In this document: positions 33,522 to 46,698 of the stretch, one piece after another
Position numbering within the stretch: position 1 is the first letter of the stretch
Layout of the letters: every line of letters begins with the position of its first letter
Source of the DNA: Veleropilina oligotropha
Taxonomy: Eukaryota
Assembly (NCBI GenBank): GCA_048128005.1
Contig: JBEUKZ010000109.1
Span: 1-64,000, forward strand
Length of the DNA: 64,000 bases
Reading direction: 5' to 3'
Program-made: the position numbers and the translations under genes
Notes under the pieces: model-generated
What the model saw: only the letters and a program-made list of their open reading frames with translations
Databases searched by the model: none
What the model was told of the DNA's origin: nothing

Positions 33522-36042
33522 ATTGAATTGAATTGGTGTTTAACGACCACGCCGACACTATATGGTCATAATCGGGTCGGTCAATTTTACTTATTACAAA
33601 TTTAATATAAAATGTTAAAAATTGGGACACATACTGATAAAAATAAATCATGCAAATAAAACAAATACTTCCAAATAAAATAAAGCCATTGCAAATTTAG
33701 GTAAAAAACAATGCAATAAAATAATAAAAAACGTTGATAAAAAACAAGTATAATAATAAAACAAGATATAACATTGTGAAATAAAAATATAAAATCATAA
33801 CTTTTACATATTTACTTGCTTTAAAAACTCGAATATTCTTTCGAGCTTAGTGAATTTAAATAACTCTTGGAGTGAGCTTGCCCTAAAGTACTTTTGGCGT
33901 GCGAGATCCAAATCGACACAATCCAATAATATATGTTTAATTGTTAGGGCAGTTGCACAAGGAATACATTCAGGTGGAGGCTCCCCCTTAAGCAAATAGG
34001 AGTGAGTGTAGTGAGAATGCCCAATCCTCAGTCTGGCCAAGACCACCTCCTCTCGCCGAGTTGGTCTGCAAGAGGGGCCCCAATCGCCAAGAAGAGGTTG
34101 GACATTCTGCAGTTTATTCCTTGTCCATTCACTCCAAGAGTGCTGCCAAGTAGAATATATATACTTGTTTATGCTTGGTTTAAAATCCGAGTGTGGTAAT
34201 TTACAATTTAAGATATGGTTAAAATGTGAGGCTGCCTTGGCAGCTTGGTCAGCATTCTCATTGCCCTGGATACCGATATGACTCGGTATCCAGCATAAAA
34301 TAATGTCATTGTCTGGTAACAGGTTATTATATTTAATTAAAATTTCTGTAATAAGAGGGTTTCTATTCATCTCCCTCAAGCTAGAGAGGGAGTCTGAATA
34401 GATAATAAAAAGCTTGTCTTTACTTGTAGAGATATAATTTAGTGCAAGCTCGATTGCTTTTAGTTCTGCAGTAAATATAGTCGCGCTGCCTGGCAGACGG
34501 TTTTGAAAACATCGTCTGCCAGTGACAGCGGCTGCTCCTACTAATTCTGCATTTTGGGAACCATCTGTATATATGCTTGCACAATCTGAATAATTTTATT
34601 GCAGATCGTGCAATTTTGAGAGATAATCTGTTGTTTCTGTGTCTGATTTTTTTAGTGATGCAAGCTGCAGGTTGATCACCGGTGCTTTTAGTGTCCATGG
34701 TGGCGTATCCGAAATGCGATTTGTTTTAATTTGACCTAAATGTATGCCTGCGTTTTCAAGTGCTGGTTTAATGCGGATGCCAAATGGTGCAATTTTGTTT
34801 GGTTTTGCCTGAAATAGATGTTCATAATTTGGTGTAAATACAGTTTCGAAAGCTGGGTTAGATGGATTTGATTTTAATTTTATTGCATATTGTAGTGATA
34901 GTTTTTCACGTCTGAGCGTAAGAGATGGTTCATTGGCTTCGACATAGAGGCTTTCCATGGGTGATGTGCGGAAAGCCCCTAGTGCAAGTCGAAGCCCTTG
35001 ATTATGGATTGGATCAAGCATTTTAAGATATGAATGGCGAGCAGAGCCATATACTATGCTCCCATAATCAAGTTTTGATCTAATTAATGATCTGTATAGT
35101 CGTAATAAAACTGTTTTATCAGCACCCCATTCAGTATTAGAAATTACTTTCATTATATTTAAAGCCTTTTTGCATTTGGCTTTGATGTATTTTATATGAG
35201 GTATGAAAGTCAGTTTGCGGTCAAATATAAGGCCTAAAAATTTAAATTGGTCCACCACTGGAATCTCAAAGTCATCCAGTTTTAGCACAGGGTCGTCATG
35301 AATTTCACGACGCTGGCAGAAATGCATGCATTTAGTTTTGTCCTTTGAGAATTTAAATCCATTCTCATCGGACCATATCTGTAATTTATTTAGGCCATGT
35401 TGTAGCTGGCGTTCTATACTGTTCATATTTGTTGAACGATAGCAAATGCCAAAATCGTCAACAAATAATGAACAGTCAGTGCCAGCACTAATACATTTGA
35501 CGATACTGTTTATTTTAATACTGAATAGGGTGACTGATAAAATGCTTCCTTGAGGGACACCCATCTCCTGGTCGTGGATATCGGAGAGGGTGTCACCCAC
35601 CTTGACTTGAAAATTTCTATCCTCAAGGAATTTCGAAATAAAATAGGGCAAGTGGCCCTTTAAGCCAAAATCAAACAAATCCTTCATAATGCCGTACTTC
35701 CAAGTAGTGTCGTAGGCCTTATCTAGATCGAAAAAAACAGCAACTAAATGTTGTCTGTTTAGGAAGGCCTCACGGACAAAAGTTTCCAGGCGTACCAAGT
35801 GATCTGTGGTGCTCCGGTTGCGCCGGAACCCACATTGATATTCTGTAAGTAAATTATTTGATTCTAAGTACCAAACTAATCTCTCGTTTATCATCCTTTC
35901 CATGGTTTTACAAATACAACTCGTCAGGGCTATGGGTCGATAACTGTTCGGATGTGATTTATCTTTTCCCGCCTTTGCAATTGGGATAATTGTAGCTTCC
36001 CTCCACGAGGGAGGGAAGGTTCCAGTTTCCCAGATAGTATTG
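33522..36042 (-). mobile_element. 5'-truncated, decayed copy of the I-group LINE
   Basis: Colinear with ~18810-21362 (RT, RH, 3' UTR, same 3' stem-loop); stops/frameshifts at ~34600 and ~34380; possible GATAA TSD. Confidence 0.93.
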
Positions 36043-37001
36043 ATAACAATCCGCCGAGTCTCTACATAAATTACCAAAGGGTTTGTGATGTGAGCAGCCT
36101 ATCAGCGGTCGGCTTACATATCTGGGCCACGGAGCACCCAAAACCTTCCGACAAAGAAATAGGCCGCAAATTGAGTTAACTATGTCACAAACCTCACTTA
36201 CTATAAATTCGCAAGCTCCTATATAATATCCACTAGAACTGACATGTGCACGTCATTTCGTGAAGTAAACCATGAAAGCTCAATAATTTAGGAATCTTTT
36301 CACCGATTCTACTTAAAACCACGTTTCAGGACTATACATCAAAAATTGAATTGATATTGTTCTCTGGTTTGAAAAATAATGTAATATTTGGGACATGCAT
36401 GTACGTTATTCATATGATCGTGGGATAATATATGGTGATATGCATCTGCTCCACGGGTTATACCGACATGAAACCAGCCCATTATAACATGATTGCACAA
36501 ATATAATACATAATAATGTGGTCGACTGGAGGTAATAAAGGTCAAATTTGAAGGATATATAAGTAAGAAATTCAAGAAATGTAGATATCAACTTTAATAA
36601 ATATCAATCATGTTATATGATGCATATATAAGTATATAACATGATGAAATTCACAATATGTCGATACATAAATTATTTTCAATGTGAAACGAAAAAAGGC
36701 AACAATTTTAACACAATAAAATAGATTTCACATACAGACCATGATTTATACAAGAAAATGTCCAATTATTAATCAAACTACTATATTTATCAATATCACT
36801 TTCCTGCACCACAAATATTCTATATTCACACAAGAGGCCTATCGGCCTAGAGAGCTCCGCTAAGAATGATAGCCAGCGGTATGCCTTAATCGTGACCAAA
36901 TATGTAATGAGTATTAATGTGTGGATATTTCAATATTGCATACAGCTAGTACAACACTTGGCATTGACAGATCATGTACATAGAGTTGCATATATATTAC
37001 A

Positions 37002-37397
37002 CATGGTTCGTACAACCTTGAAAAGTACTTGAATTTGACGGTATGTCTTGAAAGTGCTTGAATTTGAAAATAGCCTTGAAAAGTCCTTGAAAATGACCAG
37101 ATGGCCTCGAATATGGTCATAATTTTAATGTTTTGCCTTTTCATTATCTTAGCTATATTTATTATCATTGTGGTACTTGCGTCCATTTTTGTTTGGAGTA
37201 AAGTCGGACACCATTTAACAACGTGGAATGGACAATCACAATTTAAGTCCCTGTGCGCATTATGTAACAAAATGGTTGAAATTGCTAAAATGGTACATTA
37301 TATTTTGATTTGCACTGAAAAATAGTCCTTGACAGATACTGCGAGTAGTCCTTGAAAAGTCCTTGAATTTCAAGTTGCCATTTCTGTATGAATCATG
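37002..37397. mobile_element. MITE, hAT-like termini
   Basis: Imperfect TIRs CATGGTTCGTACA / TGTATGAATCATG and repeated subterminal CCTTGAAAAGTCCTTGAA. No TSD is recognisable. Confidence 0.55.
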
Positions 37398-37550
37398 TTA
37401 GTGTGTCTGTCATATTCTTGACTAGATTGAAATTTATACAGATTTTTTAGTGAGGTCACTCTCAATTCTTAAGCACTTTTTAAAACTGCCGTACATTCAC
37501 ATTAAGAATATCATAAGGAAGGCTCATGTCAAATTAGAAAAAATGTTATT

Positions 37551-40500
37551 CATCAGATGGTATATTTGAAACTGAAATATCATATAGCATAGATGAGATC
37601 ACCACTGATACAAATGTCAACAAAACTGTTACTTTTGGGCACACAAAAAAGGGACTAAGATTAGCTTGCTTAAATATCAATCACTTGTACTCAAAAAATG
37701 ATGATTTGAAATTTATGTTAAAACCGTCATCATTACACATTTTGGGACTATGTGAAACATTTTTAACTAGTGACATAGACAACAATGAAATATGCATAGA
37801 TGGATATAATATTGAAAGAAAAGATAGATTAAACAAACTTGGAGGAGGTATAGTAATACATATATCAAAAGACTGTTCCTATAAGAGAAGAATTGATTTA
37901 GAAACAGAAGAAATTGAAAGCATTTGGCTGGAATTAACATTTCTTCATTCCAAGTCTATTTTGCTCTGCATAGTATACAGACCACCGAGTGTTCAAGCCT
38001 GTTGGATTGATAAATATGAATATCAAGTTAGCTCTGCATTAGATGAAAATTTGGAATTAATTGTCATGGGAGACTTTAACATTGACTTACATAATAAGAT
38101 TTCAAACAAAAAGTGGCTTCATTTCCTTGAAAATTATAACCTGACACAAATGATTAACGAACCAACAAGAGTAACATCTAACACAAAAACCCTTATTGAC
38201 CATGTATATGTAAGCCACCCTGAAAATATTATTGAAACTGTGGTACCTCACTATGCAGTGAGCGACCATTATCCTGTTTCTATCACACATTCACTTGGCC
38301 ACAGGCAAATTAAAAGAGCTCATCATATCACAATGTCATATAGATCTTTCAAAAAATTTGAAAATGTTAAGTTTCAAAATGAATTACAAAATGCTCCATT
38401 TCATCAGATAAGATCACTTGAAGATCCAAATGATGCCTTGCATGCTTTCACAACTATATTCACCGATGTATTAAACCGCCATGCTCCTAAGAAATTAAAA
38501 CGTGTGAAACATTATAAACAACCTGACTGGTACAATGATGAAATAAGCAATGCTCGTAAGGAAAGAGATTACTGGCACAAGAAAAGAGACATGGTAAAAT
38601 ACAGAGTTTGGCGGAATAAATGTAAACAATTAATAGATAATGCAAAAAAGGTATACTTTGAAGATGCTGTTTTAAAAAATAAAGATACAGCAAATTTATG
38701 GAGGTATTTCAATGATATGCATCCAAAACAGGCCTCAAGCATACCCACAGAAATAAAAGTGAAAGATGAAGTAAAAACTGAGCTTAAAGATATAATCACT
38801 GTAATCAATAAATACTTTGCAACATGTGCAGAAGAATTTAAAGTAAATGAAAGTAAGGAAGTAAATTTTGAGTTATTATCAGATTTTATAAAAAATAAAC
38901 TAGGAACACAAGACAATGTTCAATTTGACATAGCATACATAACTGAATATGATGTTTATCAAATGCTTCAAAATCTGGATACCAATAAATCATCTGGATT
39001 AGATGAAATTGGTCCCAAGATCTTAAAGATGTCAGCAGAACAAATAGCACCACATTTAACATATATAATAAATGAAAGCATAAGGCTTGGTGTATTTCCA
39101 AATCAACTTAAGCATGCAAGAATCACACCTCTTCATAAAGGAGGGTCTAAAGATCTTCCAGAAAATTACAGGCCCATATCTATACTTCCAACTTTATCAA
39201 AAATATTTGAAAAACATGTTTCAAAACAACTCTACAAGTTCCTATCTGATTTTCAGCTGATTCATAAGAGCCAATCTGGATTTCGAGCTAAACATTCTTG
39301 CCAAACAGCTTTAACACATTTAACAGATAAATGGCTCCAATCTCTAGACAATGGAGAACTAATTGGCACTCTATTTCTTGATTTTAAAAAGGCTTTTGAT
39401 TTAGTTGATCATGCAATTTTACTGGATAAACTAAAAATCTATAAATGTTCACGAGCATCAGTAGATTGGATTGAATCTTATTTAGAGGAAAGGACACAGA
39501 GAGTTTGCATTGGCAATACTAAATCTGAAGCAGAAATTGTGAAATATGGTGTACCGCAAGGGTCCATATTAGGTCCACTATTATTTATTATATTTATAAA
39601 TGATCTGCCATTATATACAAATAACACTGAAACTGATATGTATGCCGATGATACAACACTACATGCTCATGGCAAAACACTTGATATTATCCAGACTTAT
39701 CTACAGTGTGATTTAAATAGCATTGATTTATGGTGCAGGGAAAATGAGATGAAGCTTAACATAAATAAAACATCTTGTATGGTAATTGGGTCAAAGCAGA
39801 AGTTAGCATTATTGAATGATTTAAAACTGGACCTTAATGATGGATGTATAAAATTAGTTGAACACAGTAAACTATTAGGTATACATATCGATAAAAATTT
39901 AAACTGGGATCTTCAAATAGATCATATATGTGCAGCTGTGTCATCCCGTTTGTCTTTACTAAACAGAATTAAAAAGCATCTTCCAATGAAAGCCAGAAAA
40001 TTGTATTTCACTTCCTATGTTCTCCCACTAATTGATTACTGTTCAACAGTATGGGGATCATGTTCTCTTTACAATATTGAAAGGGTGAATAAATTACAAA
40101 AACGTGCCGCCAGAATAATATTAGATGCTGAAAAAATGACTCCATCTCTGCAAATGTTTAAAAAACTAAATTGGCTGCCTGTAAAACAGAGGATCGATTA
40201 CCACCAGTATATTCTTGTTTACAAAAGTTTAAATGGTCATGCTCCAAAATATCTGCAAGAAAGCATAATCCCACTTGCACACACCCAAAATCGCAATCTG
40301 AGGTCTGTTACAAATATGGAGCTAACAGTGCCTTTTCCTAGGACAAACTATATGAAAAGATCATTTTCTTATAAAGGACCTATCTTATGGAATAAATTGC
40401 CCACTACTGTAAGAAATAAATCAACATTACTTCAATTTAAAAATGCATGTTTTGACTATATTTTCAAGAATACATTTAGCACAGATTTATGATTGACATT

Positions 40501-40695
40501 ATAATACTGACTGTCATTTCTTGTCAATTCTATTTGCATGATGTCCGTTTTACATGGTGTATATATATTGTATATATTTTATTTCTATTTTATTTTAATG
40601 CTTATAGTTTTGAGGGCCTTATGGGAGATTAGCTACATTGTAGCTAAATAAGTTACCTTCTTGAAATAAAGTATATTATTATTATTATTATTATT
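37551..40695 (+). mobile_element. CR1/L2-group LINE, 5'-truncated (ORF2 only)
   Basis: APE-RT ORF, 3' stem-loop, AATAAA and a (TAT)n tail at 40674-40695. Confidence 0.9.
37685..40492 (+). CDS. CR1/L2-group ORF2 (endonuclease + RT)
   Basis: The frame is open upstream (KGLRLACLNINHL). LGLCETFL, GDFNID, SDHYP, YRPISILP, FLDFKKAFD, GVPQGSILGP, YADD, LQKRAARII. No RNase H. Confidence 0.93.
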   Translation: MYSKNDDLKFMLKPSSLHILGLCETFLTSDIDNNEICIDGYNIERKDRLNKLGGGIVIHISKDCSYKRRIDLETEEIESIWLELTFLHSKSILLCIVYRPPSVQACWIDKYEYQVSSALDENLELIVMGDFNIDLHNKISNKKWLHFLENYNLTQMINEPTRVTSNTKTLIDHVYVSHPENIIETVVPHYAVSDHYPVSITHSLGHRQIKRAHHITMSYRSFKKFENVKFQNELQNAPFHQIRSLEDPNDALHAFTTIFTDVLNRHAPKKLKRVKHYKQPDWYNDEISNARKERDYWHKKRDMVKYRVWRNKCKQLIDNAKKVYFEDAVLKNKDTANLWRYFNDMHPKQASSIPTEIKVKDEVKTELKDIITVINKYFATCAEEFKVNESKEVNFELLSDFIKNKLGTQDNVQFDIAYITEYDVYQMLQNLDTNKSSGLDEIGPKILKMSAEQIAPHLTYIINESIRLGVFPNQLKHARITPLHKGGSKDLPENYRPISILPTLSKIFEKHVSKQLYKFLSDFQLIHKSQSGFRAKHSCQTALTHLTDKWLQSLDNGELIGTLFLDFKKAFDLVDHAILLDKLKIYKCSRASVDWIESYLEERTQRVCIGNTKSEAEIVKYGVPQGSILGPLLFIIFINDLPLYTNNTETDMYADDTTLHAHGKTLDIIQTYLQCDLNSIDLWCRENEMKLNINKTSCMVIGSKQKLALLNDLKLDLNDGCIKLVEHSKLLGIHIDKNLNWDLQIDHICAAVSSRLSLLNRIKKHLPMKARKLYFTSYVLPLIDYCSTVWGSCSLYNIERVNKLQKRAARIILDAEKMTPSLQMFKKLNWLPVKQRIDYHQYILVYKSLNGHAPKYLQESIIPLAHTQNRNLRSVTNMELTVPFPRTNYMKRSFSYKGPILWNKLPTTVRNKSTLLQFKNACFDYIFKNTFSTDL

Positions 40696-41231
40696 GGAAA
40701 TTGATTGAAATCGGAAAAATTGACAACAAACATGAATATCAGTATAAACGCAATGTAGAATATTCTAATTTTCGCTGAGTAGCCTACATTCGAAACATCA
40801 ATGAAGGCTCATGCCAAATTAGAAAAAAAGTTATCAGACAGTTTTTGAGATATTGACTGAAATCTGAAAAATTGACAACAAACAGACGAACGGACTTGAA
40901 TATCCGGAAAACCGAGACGTACAATTTTTTAATATTTGCAGAGTACATGCAGAACATCATATAAGGAAGGCTCATACCAAATTTGAAAAAAAGTTTTCAT
41001 AAAGTTTTTGAGATATGTGCATTTGAAGCCAAATGGAGACGCCGGCCGGCCGGACAACTCGGTATTAGAAAAGCTCCATTGACTATCGTCAAAGCGGGAC
41101 TAAAAATGTCATTTGAAACACGAATATTTAGTGAATTATTTCATATCTATAATGTGATAAACATTGCTAAAAGTACAGAAATAATAAATGATATTAAATA
41201 AGAAAATACCACTAACTATTTCAAACTATGG

Positions 41232-42141
41232 CACTTTCATAATGGCAGCACCAGCGACAAACGTCTTGTTATAGTAAATAATACTGAAATCAATGAAAAA
41301 ATATACTTCTGTTATCATCAATGTCGCAACTTTCACAAAACATCATTAATAAATTGAAGCACATCGATGCACTTCTTGTTAACAATATGCATCTTGACAA
41401 AGTGATCCTAAGATTAATATTATCTCAGACATTTCATAAAATTCAAAATTCATTTCAAATCTATATTTTCATCTAATATATACATTAATAAAACATTTAG
41501 TATCAAGATAATATGTAAACCATGGCACAGCCACTTTCATAATGGTAGCACCAGCGACAAACGTCTTGTTATAGTAAATAATACTAAAATCAATGAAAAA
41601 ATATACTTCTGTTATCATCATTGTCGCAACTTTCACAAAACATCATTAATAAATTGAAACACATCGATGCACTTGAATTATTGTTAACAATATGCATCTT
41701 GACAAAGTGATCTTAAGATTAATATTATCTCACACATTTCGCAAAATTATAAATTCATTTCAAATCTATATTTTCATCTAATATATACATTAATAAAACA
41801 TTTAGTATCAAGATAATATGTAAACCATGGCACAGCCACTTTCATAATGGTAGCACCAGCGACAAACGTCTTGTTATAGTAAATAATACTAAAATCAATG
41901 AAAAAATATACTTCTGTTATCATCATTGTCGCAACTTTCACAAAACATCATTAATAAATTGAAACACATCGATGCACTTGAATTATTGTTAACAATATGC
42001 ATCTTGACAAAGTGATCTTAAGATTAATATTATCTCACACATTTCGCAAAATTATAAATTCATTTCAAATCTATATTTTCATCTAATATATACATTAATA
42101 AAACATTTAGTATCAAGATAATATGTAAACCATGGCACAGC
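41232..42141. repeat. Tandem repeat, 3 x ~300-305 bp
   Basis: Units start CACTTTCATAATGG at 41232, 41532 and 41837. Units 2 and 3 look identical. Confidence 0.95.
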
Positions 42142-43338
42142 AATAATCATACATAGTTTGTCGAAATACCTCTAAAGTATTTGTACTAATAAGTGCTAAA
42201 CCCATGTAAAAAGGTTTCAATTTTATTCATAATTGTAAGCAGAAAAATTATGCAATCGTTGTGATCTCTTCAATGGATACAGCGATAAATTTTGTAATGC
42301 TATAATGGCTGAAGTCACCAAACTAGTTTGTGCTATAAACGTTATGATTATTTGCATGTTATGGCTATGCATTACTTATTTATAATATAATAATACATAT
42401 ACATCATTTAATGTAAACTTTCAATTCAATTTAAGCAAATCCCTTTAAAGTTTTGAGCTTATTTTCTTTTCTGCGCACGATGAAATGAGTAATTTGAATT
42501 TTGTATCAAGTGTCAAATTGGGAGTCAGCTGTGAAAGATGTTAACATTTATAGTGGATATAATTTATTTGTAGGCCCATGTTTATACAACGGTTGCATTG
42601 TCATTCAGTATGGTAAAGAAACTAATAAGATTACAACAAGTATGGAATTGTAAGCATAAGGTCAGAACAAGTGCCGTGCATGTCAACTGCCCTTTATGCT
42701 GTGTAAGTTTACAAATTTTAAATTATTGACAATAAATCTGGCATGTTGATAAAATGATTTTATAATATACTACATAGTGACAGAGTTTGTTCTCCTATTC
42801 GGAAATCAAAAGTATATGTTAAATGATACCTAAGCTCCAACACACAAGAGCATGTTTAAAATTGCAATGTTTATTTATTAACGATATCATGTGCTGAAAT
42901 AAGAAATATTTATATACTACTCTGGTGTGCTCACAATTAGTCATGCTGGCGCACATTGTTGTGATGTGACGTCGGAAGTACTTAATGAACAAAAAATGAA
43001 CATATACTCACATGCAAGTACATTACATCAGTGTCGTTATCTGATGCAATATTAATAATGAGTTATTCCCCTGTAAACTAGAAGTTACAAATGTTTTCCA
43101 ATGCTATTATGGTGTTATTGCAGTAAATTTATTGTCCTTACAACATATGCAAATTGTAACTCAATAATATATTCTGCATGATGGGTAATAATACTAAATA
43201 GGAAACAATGAGTAAATCACTAAATGCCTCAAATTCTTATTAAAATCAAATTCCCGGGATATATGTTACATAACCTCTGTATTTCAGACTTCTACTACTA
43301 TTGGACATTTATCTCTATCAAGTAGAGTAAGATCTAAC

Positions 43339-44618
43339 CTTCAATATTGATTTCATCTAAAGTCTTGCCACTGAACTGCGAAAGGATACCATTTTCAGCA
43401 GCAATCAACAATTTTGACACCTTCGCTATCTCGACTGCACCTTCCTGCAATTTGTAAAATTGCTCATGCGTCTTAACGCTGTGTGCTAAGTGACTCGACA
43501 GCCACTTAATCTCGCCTTTCGTCAAATCCATGATCTGAAACACAATTTTAACTACGTTATTTATAATGACAATAATATATGTTTGCTTCAATAAGAAACA
43601 ATTTACCGGTATTATATAAAATTTTAACCCCCATGAAATATTCACCCCGGGTGAATATTTCATAACAGAGGCGCAGGTGCTAAATATAAGTTAAATTTTC
43701 ATCAGTGATAGATTATGTGAACATTTATAAATAACTTCTTGCTTATTTCCATATGCAAGAAAGACTGAAATGACAATTTAAATGCTACACCAGTTAACAT
43801 GTTTGAACTCAATCTCCAGTATGCATATATGAGAATGTACTTGACGATTTCATGGTTATTGTGTCGTTATTAATGTGGGAGAAAAGCCCACTTTTTCTGA
43901 GATCATCCACCCAGCCTGACTAATTATGGACCCCTGTGACTGTTGGATTAGCATCTTTTGTGAACGGTTTCAAACTCGCAATTGCGATGTCAAAGTTATC
44001 AGTACGAGTGGATTTGGGGTAACATTATCATGCAATATTTATTAGCCGTCTTACTTTAATCCAATCAAATCCCAATAAAGTATAAAAAAGGTCAAGCATG
44101 TAAAAGTTAGCTAAAACAAAGGCAGTAAATAACAGTCAATGCTTAACGTACTGCAAGAATATTAAACCAACGCTAATCTTATATTCTTAAATTGTTGTCA
44201 ACACTTGAATTAAGAAAACAATCTATAATTTACCAATGCATAATGTTTTCATGACATAAATGACGACGGTAGCTAATAACATGTTTGTATTTAACAGAAC
44301 ACTTAACTTAAATATCAAGTCATGTCAACTAAATTTAACTGCATACTAACCTGACAGACTGTCGAAATATATTTGCGTAGTGCATTTGAGGTGATCCAGT
44401 CCGGATGCTCACAGCCACTCTCCTTTGCCACTGCCTGGAGAAGAACCCATGTTTCAAGGTGGCTCTGTCCTTGATTTGCAAAGATATATTTGTTTTCTGC
44501 ATGGATTCCGCATTTCGTGTGATGCGTTATCAGCGCCTCAATTGCCTTATTCATGTCATTCGTTAAGAGAGTGGCCACCTTTTTGTTTTGCTTACCCTGG
44601 CTTTGAACCATATCCATT
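43339..44618 (-). pseudogene. CryptonV-like tyrosine recombinase C-terminal exons
   Basis: Exons 44618-44351 and 43534-43339 splice in frame: GK.NKKV..LL...NKYIFA...ITSNALRKYISTVCQ|IMDL...WLSSHLAHSVKTHEQFYKL...AKVSKLL..E.G...F.GKTLDEI. Confidence 0.72.
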
Positions 44619-46436
44619 CTGAATAATATAAAATTATTAATTAATTACAAATAATATCATATAGATTTGTAACAAATATTAGCCAGCACGTGCACCCCCC
44701 AATTTTGCAAAAAATTAATACCCTAAAATTATATATATAATAACTAATATGACTACAATACTGATCACCTTACTATTAACTGAGTTTTTAAACAAATTTA
44801 GCAAGGCCGCCTCAAATAATTACTTTACTGAGCATATCTAAAAAGATTCTATTCATACCACAGCTTAGGCAATCTCATATAGTCATACACAACTGAATGC
44901 AAATCACAAACTAAACTAGCCAAATATATTAGTCTCAATCCCATGTGGATTGCTATGGAAACGCAGTATATTGATGGTAGGTTAATCTCTCATTGCTACT
45001 GATATTAACAATAAGATTAACTCTTTAGCATTTCTAATTACATAGTAAAGACTACTAGTAATTGTGACAAATAAAGATAGAATGTGTGATCGCAACTAGG
45101 TAGCGCCTAAGTCAAATTAGAACTAGTCAAGTTTTACCACCTTCATAAAGAAAAGCGTGGGATTGGAGCCCATTCACATGTTTTATTGCTCTCTAAGCTC
45201 AGGACATGTATGTAATTATGAAATTTTTCAAATTTAGCCTGCTTAACTATACCGGCTTCACACCCTTCATAAACAAATATGTACTATTAACCTCACAATT
45301 CAGAAGCCATTTGGCAACATTAAATATCTGCCGCATGGGGCACCTTCCCCACGTGGCCCATATATATTATCATATTACCCCCCCCCCCCCCCACACACAC
45401 CTTCAGTGTTCGCAATTGAATAATTTGTCTACCCACATGTTAACCATCAGGAATATAACCAATTATAATTATTAAATACAATACATATTTCCTTTCTATT
45501 TTTTTCTATCAAGTTTTATAATGTTGTATATTGTATAAGAAATATGACTAAATACCAAATAGAATACCATACATCAAGAAGAGTACAAACAACCTTGTTC
45601 CATTATTCCTTCCAGGTCAAAGAGTAAATGGACTTCGACCACTATTTTAAAGTCATTGGAGCAGTTTATCTCTTAGAAGTGTCTCAATTGATACAGATAA
45701 AGCCATTTATATACTAATGTTCTCAGAGTTTCAAGTTCATCGGTAGTGTTGTACCTTATATTGAAAGTAAAACGAACAAACAGCTTCCGAGCACAGAAAC
45801 AAGCAATGGCCCGCCATGAACATCCATTATAATTTCTGACATTGGTAAAAGCTGCAGCGAATTGATTTCCATTGAATCAGAAGGTTAATGATCACTTTTA
45901 ACAATCATTCAGTCATACCCCCAGCCAGCATGAACATATAGGACCAATATGGGCTATATCTGGGCAAATGTTTAATAATGGTCCCATATGGGTCCTATGT
46001 TTTGTAATTGTTTTAATAATGGACCCATATGAGACCCATATATGCTACGTTATGTTATGTAATTGTTTTTAAAAATATATAAATATGTTTAAATAAGTTA
46101 TACTATAGTCATGAAACCTTATATAAAATAATACAAATTGTGAAATAAAATTCGGTTTGGGTATCACATGCGCCTATATTGTCAATCCGATTATCGCCCT
46201 TGTCTAGTACGTCGCCGTGAGTCGAACATTAGAAAGTATTTTATTAAAATACTGTTTATTTACGCAAAAGAAATTATGCAATATTTTATAATGTTACCAA
46301 GATAGATAAATGACTGCAAGTCTATAAAAAATATAATATAATTATATTTTTAAATAGTTCGCGCATGCGGAGTGAGTTATTTCCTCTTCGCGCCAACAGT
46401 ACGGTTATTGAAGACATTGTGGTTGGTACTGGTAAT

Positions 46437-46572
46437 AGGGTTGATCGCAATTGACGTCACACATGCGGACAAATACAGGTAGCCTTCATTGCATTTGACC
46501 ATTGTTTGTCCGATTTCTACCTGCGGACAGTCTAGCTATTTATATCATTTTACTGCAATTGCGATCAACCCT
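46437..46572. mobile_element. 136-bp MITE with AT flanks (ISL2EU-like)
   Basis: Perfect 20-bp inverted repeat AATAGGGTTGATCGCAATTG at 46434-46453 / 46556-46575. Confidence 0.5.
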
Positions 46573-46698
46573 ATTTACGTTAAGATTGTAGATTTGTGTG
46601 TTGATTTTCATTGTCATGTATTTTCGCGATACGAACATTTACTGATTCGGTGAATTTTGACATAGTTAATTATTCAGTTCATGTATTTTTAAAACGAA

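Larger units (their letters stand above)
18065..36200 (-). mobile_element. Ngaro-like (DIRS order) YR retrotransposon, ~5.2 kb after removing four nested insertions
   Basis: Order on the minus strand: leader, gag, RT/RNase H, tyrosine recombinase, structured 3' region. The YR motif AFYGFLRCGEF and the RH motif LFTDASG..GFGG are Ngaro-type. Ends are approximate. Confidence 0.88.
37420..41106 (+). mobile_element. Helentron-like non-autonomous repeat with internal ~160-180 bp units, interrupted by a LINE
   Basis: Starts ACTAGA. Recurring TACAT...AAGGAAGGCTCAT(G/A)CCAAATT at 37490, 40785 and 40945. Ends with a GCCG microsatellite, a hairpin and AAAAA. Confidence 0.55.

Noticed and set aside
34596..36077. 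Leader-LINE fusion protein of 493 aa
   Set aside because: A chance open frame across a 5'-truncation junction with a non-ATG start; downstream RNase H is broken.
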